The notes under the pieces are model-generated. The model was not told where the DNA came from. It did no database searches and worked only from the letters and a program-made list of their open reading frames with translations. Shown here in pieces: positions 57,606 through 64,000 of a stretch of DNA of 64,000 nt. The stretch comes from Candidatus Parcubacteria bacterium (GTDB lineage: Bacteria; Patescibacteriota; Minisyncoccia; UBA6257; 2-01-FULL-56-20). How positions within the stretch are numbered: the first letter of the stretch is position 1; each line of letters opens with the position of its first letter. The position numbers and the translations under genes are program-made. Location: positions 3,067-67,066 of the forward strand of contig DAIEHA010000005.1 in the NCBI GenBank assembly GCA_027355945.1, written 5' to 3'.

Positions 57606-58874
57606 ATGAAATCCCCCGTGCCGCGTACCGCATATGCACGAACCATCGTCACAAGCATCGTCTCCGCAGCCGTGATCACCGCAGCGGGCATTGCGATCAT
57701 GCGATCATCGAAGACGCTCAATGTGGACGGAGGCGACGCCGCGGCGCCCATGAACGCGGTGACGACGACGCCCCAGGCAAAGGGATCGGTTTCTGCAATG
57801 GGGACGTTCGCGAACCCGGCAACCCCTCTCTCCCCGCTCGATGAGGCCGCGTACGACGCAAAGATGCTTGCCCTTGCGCACATCCCCCCTCCTCCGCCGA
57901 TACCGATACGAAAATCGTCCTCCACCGCCTCCTCGACGGCAACGATCCCTTCCGTGGGAACCACGCAAAGCTCCACGGCATCGCTCTCCTCGGCGACCGC
58001 GGATGAGTATCCTCCGTTCGTCATCGCCCCGCCGCGGAACCAGATCGCATCCCTCTGGCCCGTTCCCCTCAACAGGGCACCATATCCGGACGATGGCGCA
58101 CTCCTCCCTTTTGACAGGATCGTCGCATATTATGGGAACCTCTACTCCACGCAGATGGGGGTTCTCGGCGAATATCCCGAGGACCAGATGCTCGCCATGC
58201 TCGCAAGCACCACCGCCATGTGGCAGGCCGCGGATCCCTCCACCCATGTCGTTCCGGCGCTTGATTATATCGCGGTGACGGCCCAGGGAAGCGCCGGTGC
58301 GGATGGGAAATACCGCGCGCGGATGCCCTCCGGCCAGATCGACGAGGTCCTTCGCATGGCAAGCCGCATCAACGGCATCGTGATCCTCGATATCCAAGTG
58401 GGGCAGAGCAACGTGGAGACCGAAGTGCCCCTCTTCGCGCATTATCTTGAGCTTCCCCAAGTGGAGCTCGCACTCGACCCCGAATTCGCCATGCATGATG
58501 GTGCAAAGCCCGGCACCGTGATCGGCACGATGGATGCATCGGATATCAACTGGGCCGCAAATTATCTTGCGAACCTCGTCAACGAATACCATCTTCCTCC
58601 GAAGGTCCTGATCGTCCACCGATTCACCCAGGCCATGGTCACCCATACCGCGGACATCACGCCGCTCCCCCAGGTCCAGATCGTCATGGATATGGATGGA
58701 TTCGGTTCGGAGATGAGGAAGTTGAACACTTATTATTCCGTGATCGAACCCGAACCCGTGCAATTCACCGGATTCAAGCTTTTTTACAAGAACGATACGG
58801 ATGCCGGCCACCTCATGACGCCGCAGGATGTGCTCCGCCTCAGCCCCCAGCCAAGCTTCATCCAATATCAATAA
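57606..58874 (+). CDS. Hypothetical membrane-anchored extracellular protein (possible TIM-barrel glycoside-hydrolase-like DUF)
   Basis: TM anchor, a Ser/Thr/Pro linker, then a conserved-looking domain (..INGIVILDIQVGQS.., ..LALDPEFAM..). Confidence 0.4.
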   Translation: MKSPVPRTAYARTIVTSIVSAAVITAAGIAIMRSSKTLNVDGGDAAAPMNAVTTTPQAKGSVSAMGTFANPATPLSPLDEAAYDAKMLALAHIPPPPPIPIRKSSSTASSTATIPSVGTTQSSTASLSSATADEYPPFVIAPPRNQIASLWPVPLNRAPYPDDGALLPFDRIVAYYGNLYSTQMGVLGEYPEDQMLAMLASTTAMWQAADPSTHVVPALDYIAVTAQGSAGADGKYRARMPSGQIDEVLRMASRINGIVILDIQVGQSNVETEVPLFAHYLELPQVELALDPEFAMHDGAKPGTVIGTMDASDINWAANYLANLVNEYHLPPKVLIVHRFTQAMVTHTADITPLPQVQIVMDMDGFGSEMRKLNTYYSVIEPEPVQFTGFKLFYKNDTDAGHLMTPQDVLRLSPQPSFIQYQ

Positions 58875-58879
58875 CAAAA

Positions 58880-58903
58880 ATGCGGCACGATATCGTGCCG
58901 CAT
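58880..58903. terminator. 24-nt perfect palindrome (atgcggcacgat|atcgtgccgcat) immediately after the stop of the 57606-58874 gene
   Basis: Perfect inverted repeat. An A/U-rich run lies on its 5' side. Confidence 0.4.
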
Positions 58904-59290
58904 TCATCGGTCGAACGCCATATTCCTTGTTGAGGAAAGTTAGGTTTCAGATATTCCCATCCGCGCGTCCCCGTGGAAGGCGCATCATGCCGTCACCGGG
59001 AGCATATGACGCTGCTGGGCTATCCTCATAAGCGTCCGGAAAAGCTCCGATTCCACCTCAAGAACCGCCTTGATCTCCCTCAGGTCCTTAAGCAATCGTA
59101 AATGGGTCCGCGGTGCATCGTATCGAGTGATCATGGGTGTGAAAACTTGGATCGTTTATTCCCGACCTTTCATGATTATTATTACGATCGTCGCTCTCAA
59201 AATATTACTTTTCCCATACGGGAAACAGATCGCTTTCTCTTGTCAATAAGCCGGGCCGTTCCTTTCTCTCGATCGCACCGCAGCAGATCC

Positions 59291-60805
59291 TCAGTCGAGC
59301 ACCATCACATGCTCACCGCCCCCCGCCTCTTCGCGCGGCGTACGGATGAGGAATGCGGCGAATGCTCCCACGATGATGATCCATGCAGCCACCTCGAATA
59401 CCGTGGCATATGCCGCAATCTGCGCCTTCAACTCGATGAGCGCGATGAATTGCTGGGTTATCTGCTCCCCGGTGCCATGCAAGAAGCTGTGGGTCGATAT
59501 CGCAAGCACGTTCGCGCTCGTTGCGACGCTGAGAAGCGTGCTGAAGATGGCCGTCCCGAATGCCCCTGCGATATTCCTCACGAGGGCAAGCACCGCCGAC
59601 GCTTCCCCGATATCCTCATGAGGCACGGCGACGGCGACGAGGTTCGTCCTCTGCGCCATCCCGAATCCGAGACCGAACGCCATGATCGACATGGGTATCA
59701 TGAGATCGAGCGCACTCGAACGGGCATCGACCCTCGTAAGAAGGAACATGCCGAACCCCGCGACAAGCGTGCTTGAGAATATCACGGTACTGGGCTTCAC
59801 CTTCCCGATGAGCCTCCCTCCGAGCGGCGATGCCGCCATCATCGCGACCGCAAGCGGGATGAATAGATACCCTGTCTGCGTGGCGTCATACCCGAGGAAC
59901 GTTTCAGCGAATATCGGCACAAGGAATATCGATCCGACGAACCCCATGAATACGATGAAATTGTTGATAAGGGTGTTCACGAAGAGGCCTATCTTGAAGA
60001 AGCCGAGATCCACGATGGGGTCCTGCTGATACCGTTCGACGAGATAAAACAGCACGCCGAACACCACGGTGCTCAGATACCAGAAGATGCTCGTTCCCGA
60101 GGTCCAACCCCATGACTGGCCCTGGTCGAGTACGAGGGTAAGCCCGAAGAGTGCCATGGCAAGCATCACGGACCCCCACCAGTCGAATCGCACATGCTTC
60201 TTTTCGCCCACCGATTCATCGATGAACGTGAGGGCGAGAAAAAGACCTATGATGCCGAGCGGGATATTGATGAAGAACACCGAGCGCCAGTTGAAATTAT
60301 CGATGAGCGGACCGCCGATGAGGGGGCCGAACACCGATGCGGCGGCGAACGCCGAGGACCATATGCCGAGGGCCTGTGCCCGTTCCTTCATGTCGCGGAA
60401 CGTCACCGCAAGGATGGCCATCGCGGTGGGATAATCCGCAGATACCGCGAACCCCTGGATCACGCGGAACACGAGCATCGACGTGAGATTCCATGCGACC
60501 GCACACAGACCCGAGGCGATCGTAAACCCTATGAACCCTATGAGATAGATGCGCTTGCGGCCCGCAGTATCGCCGAGCTTGCCCCATACGGGCACGAACA
60601 CCGCGTTCGCGAGAATGTATGCCGTTGAGATCCATGCCGCAGCCGTCACACTGATGCCGAAATCACCGATGATCTTCGGTAACGCAAGGTTCACCACCGT
60701 TTGATCGAGGCGGCCGAGGAACGTCCCGAATATCACGGTAAAAAGGACCCACCATCGCAGGTTATCTTTCTTCGGCGCCTCGTTCACTATTGTGTATATA
60801 CCCAA
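59291..60805 (-). CDS. MFS transporter, DHA2 (EmrB/QacA, 14-TM) drug:H+ antiporter family
   Basis: RWWVLFTVIFGTFLGRLDQTVVNLALP...GKLGDTAGRKRIYLIGF. 14 predicted TM. Confidence 0.85.
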   Translation of the reverse strand: MGIYTIVNEAPKKDNLRWWVLFTVIFGTFLGRLDQTVVNLALPKIIGDFGISVTAAAWISTAYILANAVFVPVWGKLGDTAGRKRIYLIGFIGFTIASGLCAVAWNLTSMLVFRVIQGFAVSADYPTAMAILAVTFRDMKERAQALGIWSSAFAAASVFGPLIGGPLIDNFNWRSVFFINIPLGIIGLFLALTFIDESVGEKKHVRFDWWGSVMLAMALFGLTLVLDQGQSWGWTSGTSIFWYLSTVVFGVLFYLVERYQQDPIVDLGFFKIGLFVNTLINNFIVFMGFVGSIFLVPIFAETFLGYDATQTGYLFIPLAVAMMAASPLGGRLIGKVKPSTVIFSSTLVAGFGMFLLTRVDARSSALDLMIPMSIMAFGLGFGMAQRTNLVAVAVPHEDIGEASAVLALVRNIAGAFGTAIFSTLLSVATSANVLAISTHSFLHGTGEQITQQFIALIELKAQIAAYATVFEVAAWIIIVGAFAAFLIRTPREEAGGGEHVMVLD

Positions 60806-61485
60806 ATACGGGCGCTCATGCCGTTCTTCAACTGCGGATATTGGGTTGGATCGAAGCGCACCTTCACCGCGAACTGCTGCGTCGGACGCTGATCCGATAT
60901 GTTGAACACCACACTCCCCGACTCCGCGGTCGGCGCTACCTCATCAACGATGCCTTTGAAGATCTGGGATCCGAATGCATCCACCGTGAAGGTGGCGGGG
61001 TCGCCGACCCTTACCGAAGAAAGTCCCTTGTTCTCATCGAGGTTCCCCACCACGCGAAGCTGGGTGGGATCGATCATCGTCGCCACCGTGCCCTGTCCCG
61101 TCATTACGTTCATATACTGCCCGATATTATCGTTCACCGAGACGATCTCGCCGGCGGTCTTTGCCTTCACGATCTCATCGCCCACCTGCGCGATAGGCTC
61201 GTTTTCCGTCACCATATCGCCATCCTGCACGTAGACCGCCTCAAGCACCCCTGAATTCACCGGGGAAAGGTCGATGAGTGGCGCCTCGATCTGGGATTGA
61301 TCGATATAGACGGTCTTGCCGCTCACGTACCAATAAAGACCGCCTCCCAGCGCGCCGACGATCGCGATCGCCACTAGGACCCACGCCATCGCCTTGGTGC
61401 GTCCGCTCTTCTTCTCCGCCTCCTTCCTTTCCGATCCCTTCCGTTCCGCTTCGGTGTGTTCCTGCCCCTTTTCGTGATCGCTCAT
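60787..61485 (-). CDS. HlyD-family secretion/adaptor protein (short, EmrA-like)
   Basis: N-terminal TM, then lipoyl/beta-barrel HlyD motifs without a long coiled coil. Confidence 0.6.
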   Translation of the reverse strand: MSDHEKGQEHTEAERKGSERKEAEKKSGRTKAMAWVLVAIAIVGALGGGLYWYVSGKTVYIDQSQIEAPLIDLSPVNSGVLEAVYVQDGDMVTENEPIAQVGDEIVKAKTAGEIVSVNDNIGQYMNVMTGQGTVATMIDPTQLRVVGNLDENKGLSSVRVGDPATFTVDAFGSQIFKGIVDEVAPTAESGSVVFNISDQRPTQQFAVKVRFDPTQYPQLKNGMSARIWVYTQ

Positions 61486-61499
61486 GGAAATGATAATTG

Positions 61500-63038
61500 T
61501 TAGAAATTGACTATGCGGTCGCCCGCCTGGATCCCTGATACGATCTCGGTCATGCCGTCATTCCCCTGGATCCCAGCCACCACGGGCTTTTGCTGCGTGC
61601 CGGATCCCTGGGGCACCAGTACGAAAGTGCTGCTTCCGTTCGTGATCACGAGGTTCGTAGGCACCTCCACGACGCCATCATGCTCCGCTTCGATGATCCG
61701 TACGTTCCCCGTCATGCCGTCCCGCACGCCCGAAGGCATTCCGGTGAAATGGAGCGTCACAAGATATGCGGGCGAGCCGTTCACCATGGTCTCCCCGGGA
61801 TCGATCGTCGTCACCGTCGCGGGGAACGTCGTCCCTGTTCCGAATGCATCGAGCGTGACTGCCGCCTTGTCCCCCGTCTTCATATCCGCGATGTCGGTCT
61901 GCGGCACGTAGGCCTCGATCTTGAGGCCGCTCTGATTCACAAGCGTGAGGATCGGCGCCCCTGGAGCAACGACCTGTCCCACCTCGGCGGTAAGGCCTTG
62001 CACCGTCCCGGAGAACGGCGCGAGAAGCGTTGCGTGATCGAGCGCAACCTGGGCGCTCGCCGCGACCGCCTCGGCCTGCTGCACCCCGGCGTTCGCCTGA
62101 TCCACCGCCGCCTGTTGCGCTTCGATATCCTGGGATGTTGACCCCGCCTGTGCAAGGGCAAGGGCATCTTTCGCCCCGGACAAGGCGGATTCGTCCGCGG
62201 TATCCGTGCCGATCGCAGCCTCCACCTCGGCCCGCGCCGTGGCCACATATGCCTTGTCGGCGGCAAGCTCGGTCGGTCCAAGAACCACCGAAGCGGTTGC
62301 CCCGTTCACCGCAAGCGAGATCTCATTGAGATACGAATCGATCTCCGCAAGCGTCGCATCGGCCTCGGAAGAAAGGAGTGTCGCGTCGGTACTGCTCGCA
62401 GAAATATTGCCATACCACTTCACGAGCGCCGATCCGATCGCCACGCGTTGCGACCCTATGTCGTTCGTGGCCTGGGAGTTCGACGTCGGCACGAGAAATA
62501 GAGGGTTGTTCGTCTTTGGATTTGAAAAAAGATTGTCGGTCTGGTTCTCGATGGCATCATCGGCTGCACTGTACGCGTTGCCGATCGCCACGAGGAGCGC
62601 GCTCCTGCTGCTCGAGACCGTATTCTCGTCGATCAGAAGCTGTTCCGGCCGCGTGCCGCTCGTAAGGCCATCGAGCTTCGCCTGCGCCGCCGCTGCCGCA
62701 GCCTTGGCTGCCGTCACCGCAGCGCTCGCCTGCTGCACGGACGCCGCAAGCTGGGAGGTATCGAGCGCCGCAAGCACCTGCCCCGACGCAACCACGCTCC
62801 CTTCATGCACATCCACCGTCGCAATCTGTCCGGCCTCTTGGAATGCGACCCCCGCACTCTGCTCGGTCATGACGTTCGCGGATTCATTCAAGGATTCCAC
62901 CACGTTCCCCGTCCCCACTTTCACCGATGCGAATGCCGGCGCGTTCGCCGATTGCACATACCACCACACCCCGCCAAGCACGAGCACTGCCGCGATCGCG
63001 ATGACCGCGGCGCGATATTTCATTAAAAGTTCCTTCAT
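61500..63038 (-). CDS. HlyD-family periplasmic adaptor with long Ala-rich coiled coil
   Basis: Start set at MKELLMKYRAAVIAIAAVLVLGG (TM). The ORF continues to 63365 but runs through the MarR gene. Confidence 0.6.
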   Translation of the reverse strand: MKELLMKYRAAVIAIAAVLVLGGVWWYVQSANAPAFASVKVGTGNVVESLNESANVMTEQSAGVAFQEAGQIATVDVHEGSVVASGQVLAALDTSQLAASVQQASAAVTAAKAAAAAAQAKLDGLTSGTRPEQLLIDENTVSSSRSALLVAIGNAYSAADDAIENQTDNLFSNPKTNNPLFLVPTSNSQATNDIGSQRVAIGSALVKWYGNISASSTDATLLSSEADATLAEIDSYLNEISLAVNGATASVVLGPTELAADKAYVATARAEVEAAIGTDTADESALSGAKDALALAQAGSTSQDIEAQQAAVDQANAGVQQAEAVAASAQVALDHATLLAPFSGTVQGLTAEVGQVVAPGAPILTLVNQSGLKIEAYVPQTDIADMKTGDKAAVTLDAFGTGTTFPATVTTIDPGETMVNGSPAYLVTLHFTGMPSGVRDGMTGNVRIIEAEHDGVVEVPTNLVITNGSSTFVLVPQGSGTQQKPVVAGIQGNDGMTEIVSGIQAGDRIVNF

Positions 63039-63487
63039 CGATTGGTTTTCGTTATTTTCCTGAGGATATCCGCGAACATGGCTCGCTCTTCGGGGGCGAG
63101 GACGGCAAAGGCCTTCTTCATCTCCCGCACCCGTCGCGCCATGCCCTTTGCAAGCAGCAACCGTCCCTTCTTCGTAAGCGCGATGCGCACCGAGCGTCGG
63201 TCTGACGGATCCAATGCCCGGGCAAGCAATTTTTCGCGCACAAGGCCCGCAATGAGAAGGGTCGCTGCGGGAGGCGTGACATGGAACTTCCTTGCAATCT
63301 CGCTCATGAGCGGGCGCCCTTCTCGTTCCACATAGCGCAGGGCTTCCAGCTCGAGAAGCGTGCATTTTCCGTGATCGATCCCCTTATGCATCCGCTCCTT
63401 GAGGGATTGCCCCATCAGGAACACGAGGGACACTATCTCGGAAAGGTCCGCCTGCCTCTGCGTATGTTTTACCACGCGGGAAGGCAT
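63035..63487 (-). CDS. MarR-family transcriptional regulator
   Basis: LLELEALRYVEREGRPLMSEIARKFHVTPPAATLLIAGLVREKLLARALDPSDRRSVRIALTKKG winged helix. Confidence 0.75.
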   Translation of the reverse strand: MPSRVVKHTQRQADLSEIVSLVFLMGQSLKERMHKGIDHGKCTLLELEALRYVEREGRPLMSEIARKFHVTPPAATLLIAGLVREKLLARALDPSDRRSVRIALTKKGRLLLAKGMARRVREMKKAFAVLAPEERAMFADILRKITKTNR

Positions 63488-63510
63488 TTATTTATATAAA
63501 TTAAATATTA

Positions 63511-63525
63511 GTATACTTAACTATT
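63511..63525. promoter_or_regulatory. AT-rich near-palindromic motif (gtatacttaactatt) in the marR promoter region. Shares a 13-mer with 14038-14050
   Basis: The identical 13-mer tatacttaactat lies 25-37 nt upstream of the marR start, in the same orientation as at the ABC-2 operon. Confidence 0.35.
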
Positions 63526-63580
63526 TTACGCCTCCTTCAGGCGGAGGTCAAGCACGTGGGCAAACAAAAAACGGCACTTT

Positions 63581-63695
63581 GATGTCGGCACATCCTACTT
63601 TCCCCATAAAATGAGTATCATCGGATCGAGGCGCTTTCACTTCTCTGTTCGGAATGGGAAGAGGTGGGGGCACGCCCGAATAAAGCACCGACATC
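63581..63695 (-). rRNA. rrf: 5S ribosomal RNA
   Basis: The reverse complement reads GATGTCGGTGC...CCCATTCCGAACAGAGAAGTGAAAGCGCC...GAAAGTAGGATGTGCCGACATC, with a terminal helix and conserved 5S motifs. Confidence 0.75.
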
Positions 63696-63837
63696 AAAAA
63701 GCCGTTTTCCGGTTCACAGAGGGACGCTATGCGTCTCTGGGAATCAAAAAAGTCCTTTTTGAGTAGATCGCTGTTCCGTTCTGTTTTGAGGGATCGAGAT
63801 CTCCCGCAAAACAGAACGGAACAACGTATGCAAGTCA

Positions 63838-64000
<163 letters not shown>

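Noticed and set aside
61500-63365. Full 621-aa ORF for the second HlyD adaptor
   Set aside because: The N-terminal 109 codons run through the MarR gene in another frame and translate to Cys/Arg-rich low complexity. An internal start at MKELLMKYR directly precedes the TM helix and abuts the marR stop.

Overview
A dense, GC-rich (~60%, strong GC3 bias) bacterial chromosomal segment. Many GC-shadow ORFs in the six-frame track are spurious.

The backbone is housekeeping:
- Peptidoglycan and cell-division genes: ftsW-murG, murC, murA, mraY, uppP, a D-Ala-D-Ala carboxypeptidase, mreB, rseP.
- Translation and replication genes: gltX, glyQS, frr, rpsB-tsf, greA, dnaX, holB, recO, scpAB, pepA.
- tRNA-Tyr, tRNA-Gln, and a 5S plus partial 23S rRNA on the minus strand at the right edge.
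- Several housekeeping proteins are short (EF-Ts 153 aa, RecO 209 aa, DnaX 379 aa). Together with the pilin-LamG genes and comEC this hints at a reduced-genome lineage, possibly Patescibacteria/CPR-like. This cannot be decided without a 16S sequence.

Accessory content:
- Three paralogous type IV pilin-like genes with C-terminal LamG/ConA-like domains. They share a near-identical ~130-nt 5' segment.
- An ArsR-headed thiol/sulfur-redox operon (ArsR, DUF302-glutaredoxin, DUF2892, DsbA, and a membrane CxxC domain fused to a SAM methyltransferase). I consider this the most novel-looking system.
- Two efflux systems: HlyD-MacB-FtsX next to an ABC-2 exporter, and MarR-HlyD-HlyD-MFS(DHA2). The two loci share an upstream operator-like motif.
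- Two very large repeat-rich surface proteins.
- A compositionally distinct, tRNA-Gln-adjacent block of membrane proteins that includes an SdpI-like immunity protein.
- A comEC interrupted by a single in-frame TGA.

No CRISPR array, transposase or integrase was seen.
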